This document shows positions 50,360 to 60,192 of a stretch of 64,000 nucleotides of DNA, one piece after another; position 1 is the stretch's first letter; every line of letters begins with the position of its first letter. The notes below the pieces were generated by a model that was not told where the DNA came from, searched no databases, and saw nothing but the letters and a program-made list of their open reading frames with translations. The position numbers and the translations under genes are program-made. Source of the DNA: Candidatus Woesearchaeota archaeon (GTDB taxonomy: Archaea; Nanobdellota; Nanobdellia; Woesearchaeales; UBA119); the NCBI GenBank assembly GCA_035363095.1, contig DAOSEK010000001.1, forward strand, positions 82,473 through 146,472, written 5' to 3'.

Positions 50360-50794
50360 ATGGTATCTGAAAATAAACCTCTAAAAGTCTATGTTGCTGG
50401 AAAATTTGAAAAAAAGCTTATTGTTTTAAATTTGTATGAAAGGCTCAAAAGTATGGGTCACGAGATTTCTTATGATTGGACGAACCATATTGAGATTAAG
50501 CCATACTCCGAAAATGTTAGGCTTGCAACTACCTACTCAGATTCTGAGTTAGAAGGCATATCAAACAGCGATGTTTTCATTTATCTTTCCGATAATGAGG
50601 GAACTACGCTTAAGATGGAAGTGGGCGCAGCAATTATGGCCAAGATGATTACAGGAAGCCCAAAACAAATATACATTGTGGGAGAATATAACGATAAGTC
50701 ACCTTGGTTTATGAATGAAAAGTTTGTTAAGCGACTTGATAATATTGATGATGTTATAAAAGATATTGAAAGATATGCAGATGCTTCAAGATAA
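50360..50794 (+). CDS. nucleoside 2-deoxyribosyltransferase-like protein
   Basis: KVYVAGKF, GHEISYDWT, GISNSDVFI, GTTLKMEVGAA; start could be 50342. Confidence 0.75.
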   Translation: MVSENKPLKVYVAGKFEKKLIVLNLYERLKSMGHEISYDWTNHIEIKPYSENVRLATTYSDSELEGISNSDVFIYLSDNEGTTLKMEVGAAIMAKMITGSPKQIYIVGEYNDKSPWFMNEKFVKRLDNIDDVIKDIERYADASR

Positions 50795-50836
50795 AACCTT
50801 TTATATCATTATTATTTTTTCTTTTTGAATTTAACC
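50777..50836 (+). repeat. 60-bp perfect direct repeat, copy 2
   Basis: Identical to 50177-50236, offset exactly 600 bp. Confidence 0.95.
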
Positions 50837-50891
50837 AAGTTTTTTGGCCTAGAAATTTAGTTGTCTAATTTTTCTTTTTAGAAATCATCAG

Positions 50892-51836
50892 CTATACATG
50901 AAGGGTAACTAACGCATACTTTAATTTACTACCTATCCTTTTGAGAAAACCAGGCTTTTCGTAATCTTTTGTGACCTTACCTTCTTTATATTCTAATCCA
51001 TAAGGTTTTAAGATCATAGAAATGTCTTTTTCAAGTGTTTCTGAACTGTATGTTTTTGTAAGTTCAAAAAGGCATTTTTGGAAATGATCAGGATAATAAT
51101 CAAAGCAACCCTCTTTTGCAAGTGTTCTCAAGTTTTTTAAAGATTCTTTATATTCCTTAGTTCGCTTTATCTTAATAGGCTTTGATAATATTCTTAGATA
51201 TTTGTTATTTAGAAGTTCTAATGAGTTTTGAGCATCTTTAATGAATGTTTTATCACTAATCTCTTCAATAAGAGACTCTGATTCGGATAATAAATCTCCA
51301 AAAATTAGTAAATCATCTTTATCTTTATATCTTTTCATTCTTTGAATATTATCTTTTAGATAACTCTTGTTAATGTATTGTGATAAATTGTATATGGTTT
51401 CATCAATGCCTAGTTTTAAATCGTTATTCAAATCTGTTAATTCGTGGCATAATTTTTGAGAATCTTTATATTTGGCGAGTTTAAGATTTGTATTGATTTG
51501 TTGTATTAATTTCTCAGTTTTCAATTTTACCGATAAATTGAATACTTCAGCTTCAGATACAAAACATCCTTTGCGAAGGGATTTGTTTTTTGAAGGACTT
51601 AGGGAGTTATATTTTTCTAAATCAGATATGTGAAATCTTATTTTATAATCCTTGCCTTGAGACATCTTTAATCCTAGATGGAGATTACACATATCATCTA
51701 AAAAATCGTATTGATCAATTTCTATTTTGGGATTTTTGTGATTAAAATGAGAACTTGAAATAGAGTTAATAATATCTTCAATGTTAGATAGTCCTTCTCT
51801 TTCTTCAAACTCTTTTATTTGGGATTTGATGTTCAT
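50892..51836 (-). CDS. hypothetical protein
   Basis: 314-aa Lys/Leu-rich ORF with no recognised motif. Confidence 0.65.
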   Translation of the reverse strand: MNIKSQIKEFEEREGLSNIEDIINSISSSHFNHKNPKIEIDQYDFLDDMCNLHLGLKMSQGKDYKIRFHISDLEKYNSLSPSKNKSLRKGCFVSEAEVFNLSVKLKTEKLIQQINTNLKLAKYKDSQKLCHELTDLNNDLKLGIDETIYNLSQYINKSYLKDNIQRMKRYKDKDDLLIFGDLLSESESLIEEISDKTFIKDAQNSLELLNNKYLRILSKPIKIKRTKEYKESLKNLRTLAKEGCFDYYPDHFQKCLFELTKTYSSETLEKDISMILKPYGLEYKEGKVTKDYEKPGFLKRIGSKLKYALVTLHV

Positions 51837-51996
51837 ACTAACAGATAATTAGGAGAGTTTATAAATGTTTTTTTGTCAGATGTTGGAGCTTTTAAATTGT
51901 TGAGAGCTCTGATGAAATCTTTGCTTTTTTTAATTTAATATAAAAGCTTTTAAAAAGAAATAACAATATATTAAAAATAATAGTGCTCTTTGAAAA

Positions 51997-52413
51997 ATGG
52001 TAAGGGTTAATTTGATTTCACCTAATAAACTCTCAGACCAGCATCTTATTGCTGAATACGATGAGATTTTAATGCTTTTAGGATATGTTAAAAGGTTTCC
52101 TGCGCCCATAGGGATTCCAAAAAAATACACTTTGGGTAAAGGACATATGAAGTTCTTTAAGGATAAATTATTGTATCTTAAAAAAAGGCATGAGAGTATA
52201 AAAAGTGAGATGAAAAAGAGAGATTTTAAGACAAACATTACGATTGATCTTTTGGATTTTCCTAAAGAACTTGTTAATGATTGGGCACCTGATAATGATG
52301 CTATTAAGAAGATAAAAGAAAGGCTTGTTTTTAAACTTAAACTAAAACCTTGGTATTATCGCTATTATGGGGAGAATAAAAATCCTGAATTTTTTTTGGC
52401 GCTAATGGATTAG
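51997..52413 (+). CDS. pyrimidine dimer DNA glycosylase (T4 endonuclease V family)
   Basis: RVNLI..LSDQHLIAEY.EI, YTLGKGHMKFF.DKL.YL.KR..EM..R, KPWYYRYY. Confidence 0.9.
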   Translation: MVRVNLISPNKLSDQHLIAEYDEILMLLGYVKRFPAPIGIPKKYTLGKGHMKFFKDKLLYLKKRHESIKSEMKKRDFKTNITIDLLDFPKELVNDWAPDNDAIKKIKERLVFKLKLKPWYYRYYGENKNPEFFLALMD

Positions 52414-52448
52414 ATATCAAAACAAATATTTTCGGTGTTTGTTCGTTT

Positions 52449-52913
52449 TTATTTTCTTATCTTAATCACTTTTGCATTGCTGAATTTAATATTTTCTGTT
52501 GGTGTGATTTTTATAATTGTGTTTTCTGAGCCACCGCTTGTATAAATAAATTCTTTTTCCATTACCTTTGGATCAACTAAAAAGAATGCATCAAAGCCAA
52601 ACGAAGGAACCCCGCCACAGGGATAACCTGTTTTTTCTAGGATCTCATTAGGTGTTGCTATATTCGGCCTTTGAATTCCAAGATTCTTTGCAATAGTGGA
52701 TGTACTAACTCTATCTGTTCCAATTACAGTGCAAACCATAATCCTTTTGTTTGAGTCAACAAGGCAGATATTTTTCACAATATCGCTTGGAGAAAGATTC
52801 ATCGTTTTAGCGGTATCTTCAACTGAATGACAAGATGTTTCAAATGAAAAATATTCACACTCTATCCTATTTTCAGCGATATATTTCTTTAGCTTTTCTT
52901 CAAATTCTTTCAT
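52449..52913 (-). CDS. YbaK/EbsC family aminoacyl-tRNA deacylase
   Basis: IVKNI, TGYPCGGVPSFG, SGGS. Confidence 0.88.
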   Translation of the reverse strand: MKEFEEKLKKYIAENRIECEYFSFETSCHSVEDTAKTMNLSPSDIVKNICLVDSNKRIMVCTVIGTDRVSTSTIAKNLGIQRPNIATPNEILEKTGYPCGGVPSFGFDAFFLVDPKVMEKEFIYTSGGSENTIIKITPTENIKFSNAKVIKIRK

Positions 52914-53003
52914 TTTAAGTCTATCATCTAAATATTAGTTATTGTCTTTACCTAAGCGTATTTAAATATTTGCACCTAAAGACATTTGTTAATCATCAAA
53001 AGG

Positions 53004-54443
53004 TTAGTTATTGCTTGTTAATTCAGATATATATTTTTCTGCAGAACCTTTAATATCATTTGATTGATATAATCCTCTTCCGATGATTGCGTGAAAATCT
53101 AAATTTCCTATTGAGTCTAAAGTCTCCTTTATTTTGCCACCTTGAGCAACAAATCCCGGAGAATAAAATATTGGGTTGATATGACTATATGGTGCTAAAA
53201 TTTCTTTTATTTGCTTTATTATGCTAGAGTTGTTTCCTGGCACTACAAAGTTATTTACTCCTGATTCTGCTGCAAGCTCATAAATTCTTAGAGCATCTGA
53301 TTTGCTTATGAATCCGCCTTCTTCTTTTAGATATGCAGGATGCGTCATTATCCCACCAATTATTGGAATCAGCCCTTCGTTTTTTGCTTCGTATACCCAA
53401 GCTCTTAATGTTTCAGGTCCAGACATTGGAAAGTATATGACTGAATCGACTCCTGCCTCTTTACATACACGACAAAAGCCTTTGGCAGTTGCAGGGATAT
53501 CAGTTCCTCCCTTTTGATGATCGTAAATAATTGGTTTATCTGAATACTTTCTTATTGTTTCAACTATATGTGGAAGGCCATATTTAAGAGCTAATATAAA
53601 TCCTATTTTATATCCCCCAACACCAGACACATCTGTTGTTTGTTTAACTATATTTTCAAGCTCATCTATTCCTGAAACATCGCATGCAGGAATAACACTT
53701 CTATTTTCGGGAATTAAGACTTCGTTTGTTTTGTCCATTTTTTTTGCCTCTTTTGTTCCATAAACTGATAAATAGTTTTCAAATTGCAATAATTTTTCTG
53801 AAGGGAAAATATTTTTGTTTTGTATATAATCGATTATTTCCCTGCTATTTACAATTGGATATACCGGTACTTTTGAATCCATTGAAAATTCTTTGATAGC
53901 GTTTTTACCAAAGAGATCTAGTTCCATCCTATCAACTGCAATCAGGATTGCTGTGATATCTGGGTCTTCGCTAATTCTTTCAAGGAAATTTATGCTTTCA
54001 TATTTTGTATCGCCTGTAGTGAAAACATCATCAAGGATTACTATCTTTGCATTTGGAGGTATTTTGCTTCCTAATAGATACGCTTTTTGAATATCAGATT
54101 TAGAAGGATTGATTAGACCTGATGCTTCGCCATGGTCTTTTGCTTCTTTTCTATCAAACGCGTAGCCTACATCTTTGCCCATTTTTGATAGTGCTATTGA
54201 AGTAGCAAGTGCAAGTGGAATTCCTTTATAAGATGGGCCAAATAAAATATCGCATTCTATATTGTTATCAATTATTGCTTTAGCATAGGCTTCACCTAAT
54301 CTAGAAATCAAAGAGCCTTTGTTGAACTCTCCAGTGTTTACAAAGTATGGAGATTGTCTTTTGCTTTTCAGATTGAATTCGCCAAGCTTTAAAGAGTTTG
54401 ATAGAATTAAGAAGTCAATGAATTCTTTTTTGTAGTTTTCCAT
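53004..54443 (-). CDS. bifunctional orotate phosphoribosyltransferase / OMP decarboxylase (PyrE-PyrF fusion)
   Basis: FNLKSKRQSPYF, LFGPSYKGIPL, RKEAKDHGE, ILDDVFTTG; then IPACDV, GGYKIG, DHQKGGTDIP, SPGFVAQGG, IIGRGLY. Confidence 0.9.
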   Translation of the reverse strand: MENYKKEFIDFLILSNSLKLGEFNLKSKRQSPYFVNTGEFNKGSLISRLGEAYAKAIIDNNIECDILFGPSYKGIPLALATSIALSKMGKDVGYAFDRKEAKDHGEASGLINPSKSDIQKAYLLGSKIPPNAKIVILDDVFTTGDTKYESINFLERISEDPDITAILIAVDRMELDLFGKNAIKEFSMDSKVPVYPIVNSREIIDYIQNKNIFPSEKLLQFENYLSVYGTKEAKKMDKTNEVLIPENRSVIPACDVSGIDELENIVKQTTDVSGVGGYKIGFILALKYGLPHIVETIRKYSDKPIIYDHQKGGTDIPATAKGFCRVCKEAGVDSVIYFPMSGPETLRAWVYEAKNEGLIPIIGGIMTHPAYLKEEGGFISKSDALRIYELAAESGVNNFVVPGNNSSIIKQIKEILAPYSHINPIFYSPGFVAQGGKIKETLDSIGNLDFHAIIGRGLYQSNDIKGSAEKYISELTSNN

Positions 54444-54547
54444 TAAGGCATCTTAAGGCTTATTTTGGCGTTGATTTATTTATTTATCGGTTTTGAAATA
54501 GCTGTTTTTGAAAGGCTTTATAAATCCAAAATATTTCGTGTTTTAGT

Positions 54548-55084
54548 ATGAAAGAAATTGAGGTTAAGATTCTAAATATTGATGGCCGTTTAGTGGAAGC
54601 AAAGCTAAAAGCACTAGGAGCAAAAATGATTTTTGACGGAGTTGTAGATACTCATTTTTTTGATTTTGAGAATAAAAAGCTTGGCAAAAAAGGGGTTCTT
54701 GCAAGAGTAAGGAGGATGGGTGATAAGACTTACTTTACTGTTAAAAAAAAGATTTCTGATGAGCTGGCAAAAATCAGAGAAGAGTACGAATGTGAGGTTT
54801 CTGATTTTAACGAGTTGATTTGTGCATTCTCACTTTTAGGTCTTAAAGAGAGATATTCTTTTAAGAAAAAAAGGACTAGTTATGTTTTAGATGGTGTTCA
54901 TTTTGAGCTTGACAAGTTTTTGAGTGTTTATGATTTTGTTCCTGAATTTTTGGAAATAGAAGCAAAGGATATTGACACAATATATAGGTATGCCTCACTC
55001 TTGGGATTTAGAAAAGAGGATTGTAAGCCCTATAGCATTGCTGACATCGTGAAAGAAATTAAAGCAAAAGAAAATGGGATTTAA
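54548..55084 (+). CDS. CYTH domain protein (class IV adenylate cyclase-like)
   Basis: EIEVK, RVR, REEYE, KKRTSY, FLEIE. Confidence 0.88.
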   Translation: MKEIEVKILNIDGRLVEAKLKALGAKMIFDGVVDTHFFDFENKKLGKKGVLARVRRMGDKTYFTVKKKISDELAKIREEYECEVSDFNELICAFSLLGLKERYSFKKKRTSYVLDGVHFELDKFLSVYDFVPEFLEIEAKDIDTIYRYASLLGFRKEDCKPYSIADIVKEIKAKENGI

Positions 55085-55709
55085 GCTTATAGCTTTTGAT
55101 ATGGATGGTGTTTTATTTAAGGATGTTAAATTCTGGATTGAGTTACACAAAAGATTTGGAACTTATGAGGAAGGCGTTATTCTTACAAAAAGGCTTTTAC
55201 ATACTGATTATGATAGTCTAATTAGAGAGGTAGTGCAAAGACTTTGGATTGGAAAGGATGCCAATGCGTATTACGAATTGATTGATTCTTTAGAATATAT
55301 TAATGGCGCAAAAGAAACTATTAGAATTCTTCATGATAATGGAATTAAAACTGCAATTATTACTGCATCGAGTATTGATGCGGCTAAAAGGATACAAAAA
55401 GAAAATCATATTGATTTTGTGTGGGGCAACGAATTGATTGTTAGGGATGGAAAGATTTCAGGGGAATATATTTCTAGGATAGGTGTGGGAAGAGAGAAAA
55501 AAGCAATTGCACTTAAAGAGATATGCAATGCTCTTTTGATTGATACAAAAGAGGCAGTTTTTGTTGGTGATAGTGAAGGGGATATTGAGGCATTTGGAGA
55601 AGTAGGGCTTGCAATTGCTTTTCAACCCAAAAGTGAGCTTTTAAAGGAATTTTGTGATGTGATTATTGAACATGATGATTTAAGAGAGATATTGAAGTTT
55701 ATATATTAA
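55074..55709 (+). CDS. HAD family phosphatase (phosphoserine phosphatase-like)
   Basis: FDMDGVL, AIIT, K, VGDSEGD. Confidence 0.85.
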   Translation: MGFKLIAFDMDGVLFKDVKFWIELHKRFGTYEEGVILTKRLLHTDYDSLIREVVQRLWIGKDANAYYELIDSLEYINGAKETIRILHDNGIKTAIITASSIDAAKRIQKENHIDFVWGNELIVRDGKISGEYISRIGVGREKKAIALKEICNALLIDTKEAVFVGDSEGDIEAFGEVGLAIAFQPKSELLKEFCDVIIEHDDLREILKFIY

Positions 55710-55897
55710 ATGATAGCCCAAAGATGATGAGCTTGAACATACTTTAAAAAAGAAAAAAAGGTCAATTAACCAATTTTTAGTTACATTATTCATATTAAAG
55801 GAATTTTAAATGGGTTTTTAAGGGGGATATGAACCATTTGAATATATAGAAATTTATCAACAGAAAACTATTTATTTGAAAAGAGCTATGTTATTTT

Positions 55898-56029
55898 TGG
55901 TGCTCATTGTTGAATACCTGCGTTTTGATAGGGCTAAACAAAACTCGTTGGGCTTTCATCCTATCTATTGAGCCGGAAAGCAACAATCGTGTGAATAAAG
56001 GTGTCATAATAGCACGCTTGGGAGCACCA
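55898..56029 (+). ncRNA. unassigned structured RNA candidate (strand uncertain)
   Basis: TGGTGCTC/GAGCACCA, ATTGTTG/CAACAAT, GATAGG/CCTATC and CGTG/CACG nested stems; GC-enriched; TATA-like box about 28 nt upstream. Confidence 0.5.
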
Positions 56030-59000
56030 CTATATTTTTCTTACACCTATCTTGTATTCTCTTGATTTGATTTCATGCTCTTCAAATTCAAAGCCTGAGA
56101 AGTCTAGATTATCGCCTGTTAAAACCTTTTTTGCACCGACTTTTTCTTTGATATCTTCAAGCCAAGGATCTATTAGGCTTAAAGAGTATTGTGTTTTTGA
56201 TTGAATTAATAATTCAACCCTGTCTGCTTTGTTTAAACCCATCTTTTTCCTAATGCTTTGTATCCTTCTTGAAACCTCTCTTGAAACACCTTCAGATTCT
56301 AGCTCTTTTCCAATGGTCTTATTAAGAAATACGATGCCTTTTGAAAACTCGCTTAGCTCGTACTCTTTATCTAATATGTGTTCAAATTTGAGATGCTCTG
56401 GAAGTATTTCGTATTTTTCCCCATCAATAGACATTATATATTTTCCCTCTGACTTTATGTGAGAGACTACTGTTTCAGGGGCTGTTGTTATGAGAGCTGC
56501 GATTATTTTTGCACTGTTTTGCTTGAAAGTAGGCCCTAGTTTGTTGTTATCAGCAACTGCCTTTATGCTGTGCTTTTCGAATTTAGGTGTAAGTAAGATC
56601 TGCTTAATGTTGCCCTGAGATTTTATTATATCTGACATATTATTTATTGCACTAATATAGATTTTTTCTTCAGTTTCTATTACTGCCTCTTTTAAAGGCC
56701 AACGTATCCCATAGCCAATCTTATCTCTAATTGAGAGTATATTTTGCACTATTTCAAGCACTTTTAAAAGCTCGGTTTCAAGTTGGGGATTTATTAGTCT
56801 ATTTTCATATGAAGGCCAATTGTATTCAAATATTGATTCCTGATTTAAACAAAATGCTTCTTTTAGTTCAAGATAAATTTTTTCGCATACAAAAGGTGCA
56901 AAGACTGAAAATAACTTACTTGTTTCAAATAAAGTGTGATACAAAACATATATTGATACTTTTTTATCTGATTCATCGCTTGAATTTAATTTTTCCCTTA
57001 CAAGCTGAACATATGTCCTTGAAAGCTCTAAAAAGAGTTTTTCTATTTCAATAACTGCAAGATTTACTTCATATTTGTCTAAAAGTATTGTTACATCTCG
57101 TATTGTTGAATTAAGCCTTGAGATTATGTATTTTTCTACCAAGCTAAAGGATTCCTCTACTTCGCTATAACTAATCTTAAAGGGATTTATTTTTGAAAGT
57201 GTTGCTTGTCCTATCAAGAGATTTTTCAGGTTCCATAGTATTGAAAGGTTTGAATATTTTACCTTTAAGTCATCAAAGTTATAATTAAAATCTAACCCTG
57301 GGTTTGTGCATGCTAATGAAAAGTATCTAAATGCATCAGCGCCATATTTATCAATTATTTCATCTGGGCTTATGTAATTTCCAAGGCTTTTAGACATTTT
57401 TCGACCTTGGGCATCGTTGACAAAACCGTGCATATAGACATTTAGGAATGGGCTTTTATCAAATGCAACTGTACTTGTAACCATCAATAGATTAAACCAG
57501 CCTCTTATTTGATCTTTTCCTTCCGCAATGAAGTCTGCAGGGAAATATTTCTCGAAGAGATCAAGTCTTGTAGGAAAATCAAGGCAATTCCATGATGCTG
57601 TGCCTGCATCTACCCAGACATCTAAGATATCAGGTATTCTCTTCATTTTTGCATTGCACTTAGGGCATGTTAATTTTACCTCATCAATTCTTGGTATGTG
57701 AAGGTCTGAAAGCTGTTGACCATATTCTTTTACAAGTTCTTCATATGAACCAATTACTTTTATATTATCACATTGCTCGCATCTCCAGATTGGAACAGGT
57801 GTACCCCAAAACCTTTGTCTTGTAATGGTGTTATCTTTAAGATTTTCAAGCCAAGAATCAAACCATCTTGTTCCTGCCCATTGTGGAACCCAGTTTACAC
57901 TTTTATTTAGTGTGCGCATTCTTTCTTTTAGGTTTTCTATTCCAAAGAACCACTGCGTAGTTTTTCTATAAACTACAGGAGATTCACATCTCCAGCAATG
58001 AGCATAATCGTGTTCAACTGGGGTTTTTTCAACTAGTGCACTTTCTTTTTCAAGTGTATCAATGAATTTGTCATCATCCTTTTTAGCAACTAAGCCTGCA
58101 AAAATTCCCATAGATTTTTGAAACTCTCCTTTTGTATCTATTTCGTTATATGGAGGAATGTTATTTTCTTTTCCAACCTCGTAATCTTCAGGGCCACACC
58201 CTGGAGCCATGTGAACAAGCCCTGAACCTGCAGATAAATCTACGTATTTTGAAGACAATACAACGCTATGAACATTTGGATGTAGTTTTTTTAGTTCTTG
58301 GTATTCGCTAATGTATTTTGCAAAGGGATGTGTGTATTCTACGCCTTTTAGATCTGAACCTTTAAACTCTTTAAGTTCTTTGAATTCTTTCCCTGCAACC
58401 ATGTGGATTAATCCACCAGCTAGACCCTTTGCTACTATCCATATTTCATCTTCGACTTGTGCTTCTATGTAGTCAAGGTCTGGGTGAACCATAACCCCTA
58501 AGTTAAATGGAATAGTCCAAGGAGTTGTAGTCCAGATTATTAGAAATTTGTTTTGAGTTCCTTTTACTTTTAGTTTTACAAATATGGATGTGTCAGTTAC
58601 GTTTTTATAAACAAGCTCGTGTTTTGCAAGCGCAGTTTCACAGCTTGCACACCAAGTCATTGTTTTTTCTCCTTCGTATAGTAGACCTTTATCAAATGCT
58701 TTTTTTATAAGCCACCATTCTCCTGAGATGTATTCTTTTTGGATTGTTGCATAAGCATTTTCAAAATCCATCCAAACTCCAAGCCTTTTAAAATCCTCGT
58801 TCATTTTTTCTAAGGATTCTAATGAGAATTTTTTACACTCTTCAATAAATTTTGAAACGCCAAACTTCTTTATTTCTTCTTTGTCTTTTAGATTAAGTTT
58901 TTTTGAAACGCGATTCTCAGTAGGAAGGCCGTGCATGTCATATCCTGCCCGATCCCAGACATCAAATCCTTTCATTCGCTTGTAACGCAATACACAGTCT

Positions 59001-59182
59001 TTAAGTGATTTATTCCATGCAGTGCCTACGTGAATGTTTCCTGAGGTGTAAGGAGGGCCATCTAAAAAGTAGAATTTCTCTTTATCTTTATTTTTTTGTT
59101 TGAGTTTTTGATGGGTTTGTTTCTTTTCCCAAAAATCAAGTATTTCTTCTTCTATTTTTATTGGATTATAGCTTTCAGCCAT
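56030..59182 (-). CDS. ileS: isoleucine--tRNA ligase
   Basis: DGPPYTSGNIHVGT, WTTTPWTIP, GSGLVHMAPGCG, EGKDQIRGWF, KMSKS. Confidence 0.98.
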   Translation of the reverse strand: MAESYNPIKIEEEILDFWEKKQTHQKLKQKNKDKEKFYFLDGPPYTSGNIHVGTAWNKSLKDCVLRYKRMKGFDVWDRAGYDMHGLPTENRVSKKLNLKDKEEIKKFGVSKFIEECKKFSLESLEKMNEDFKRLGVWMDFENAYATIQKEYISGEWWLIKKAFDKGLLYEGEKTMTWCASCETALAKHELVYKNVTDTSIFVKLKVKGTQNKFLIIWTTTPWTIPFNLGVMVHPDLDYIEAQVEDEIWIVAKGLAGGLIHMVAGKEFKELKEFKGSDLKGVEYTHPFAKYISEYQELKKLHPNVHSVVLSSKYVDLSAGSGLVHMAPGCGPEDYEVGKENNIPPYNEIDTKGEFQKSMGIFAGLVAKKDDDKFIDTLEKESALVEKTPVEHDYAHCWRCESPVVYRKTTQWFFGIENLKERMRTLNKSVNWVPQWAGTRWFDSWLENLKDNTITRQRFWGTPVPIWRCEQCDNIKVIGSYEELVKEYGQQLSDLHIPRIDEVKLTCPKCNAKMKRIPDILDVWVDAGTASWNCLDFPTRLDLFEKYFPADFIAEGKDQIRGWFNLLMVTSTVAFDKSPFLNVYMHGFVNDAQGRKMSKSLGNYISPDEIIDKYGADAFRYFSLACTNPGLDFNYNFDDLKVKYSNLSILWNLKNLLIGQATLSKINPFKISYSEVEESFSLVEKYIISRLNSTIRDVTILLDKYEVNLAVIEIEKLFLELSRTYVQLVREKLNSSDESDKKVSIYVLYHTLFETSKLFSVFAPFVCEKIYLELKEAFCLNQESIFEYNWPSYENRLINPQLETELLKVLEIVQNILSIRDKIGYGIRWPLKEAVIETEEKIYISAINNMSDIIKSQGNIKQILLTPKFEKHSIKAVADNNKLGPTFKQNSAKIIAALITTAPETVVSHIKSEGKYIMSIDGEKYEILPEHLKFEHILDKEYELSEFSKGIVFLNKTIGKELESEGVSREVSRRIQSIRKKMGLNKADRVELLIQSKTQYSLSLIDPWLEDIKEKVGAKKVLTGDNLDFSGFEFEEHEIKSREYKIGVRKI

Positions 59183-59395
59183 GATTATAACACTTCCCCT
59201 CGTGATTTTTTAAAAGTTAATTTTAAAGTTAATTAAAAATAATTTTTTACTTATAGCTATACAAATGAGCTATTTTATGATGTTTAGGGAATATGGAGGT
59301 TATTTAAAGCTTTTTATTTTATAGAGAAATTCTTTAGAGAAATTCTTTAAAGTGTCACAAAAAGCTTATTAAATAAGGATTATTTTAAGTTAGAT

Positions 59396-60175
59396 ATGGA
59401 TGAAGATATTAACAAATGTGTTAATGAAAGAAAGGATAAAGAAAATATCACTTTTGGTATGTTGCCAAAGGATTTAGTTGCCGATGTTGAAGGTAACCTT
59501 TCAAGGATTAGCACAGGAATAATGATTTTTGATAAACTTTTGGAGGGTGGATTTGAAAGGGATACGGTATCTATGATTTATGGGGCTGCAAGTAGTGGTA
59601 AGACTACTCTTTGCATGATTGCAAGTGATTTTATTTCAAGACTTGGAAAAAAGATTATATATATTGATACTGAAGGGGGGTTTTCTATAGATAGGTTTAG
59701 ACAGATAAGCCCTGATTATCTAAATTCTTTAAAGAATATTAATTTTTTAAAGGTTAATAATTTTGATGAGCAACATAAGGTAATTGAAGGACTTTATGAT
59801 TGTGTTAATAAGTCTATTTCGCTTGTTGTGATTGATACGATTTCCATGTTATATCGTCTAGAAATAGGAAAAAGTAAAGATGTATATGAGGTTAATAGAA
59901 AACTTGGAAGAGAGATAATTATTTGTTCAAACATTGCAAGAAAGAACAATATTCCAGTTATCATTACTAATCAGGTTTATGCTGATATTGATGAGGTTGG
60001 CAGGAATAAAATGGTTGGAGGCGACCTTTTAAGGTATGGATGTAAATGCCTCTTAGAATTAATTAAGCCTGATAATGCATCTGCCGGACAAAGGATTGCA
60101 GTATTAAGAAAACATAGAAGTATAGAAGAAGATAAAAAAATAAAATTTAAGATAACCAGTAACGGGATTGAATAG
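59396..60175 (+). CDS. radB: DNA repair and recombination protein RadB
   Basis: GAASSGKT, YIDTEGGFS.DRF.Q, ITNQVY, LRKHRS basic patch. Confidence 0.92.
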   Translation: MDEDINKCVNERKDKENITFGMLPKDLVADVEGNLSRISTGIMIFDKLLEGGFERDTVSMIYGAASSGKTTLCMIASDFISRLGKKIIYIDTEGGFSIDRFRQISPDYLNSLKNINFLKVNNFDEQHKVIEGLYDCVNKSISLVVIDTISMLYRLEIGKSKDVYEVNRKLGREIIICSNIARKNNIPVIITNQVYADIDEVGRNKMVGGDLLRYGCKCLLELIKPDNASAGQRIAVLRKHRSIEEDKKIKFKITSNGIE

Positions 60176-60192
60176 AATCCCTTTAAGGTGTT

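Noticed and set aside
55898..56029. 5S rRNA, SRP RNA or intron-containing tRNA identity for the structured RNA
   Set aside because: Diagnostic conserved motifs are absent on both strands, so it is left unassigned.
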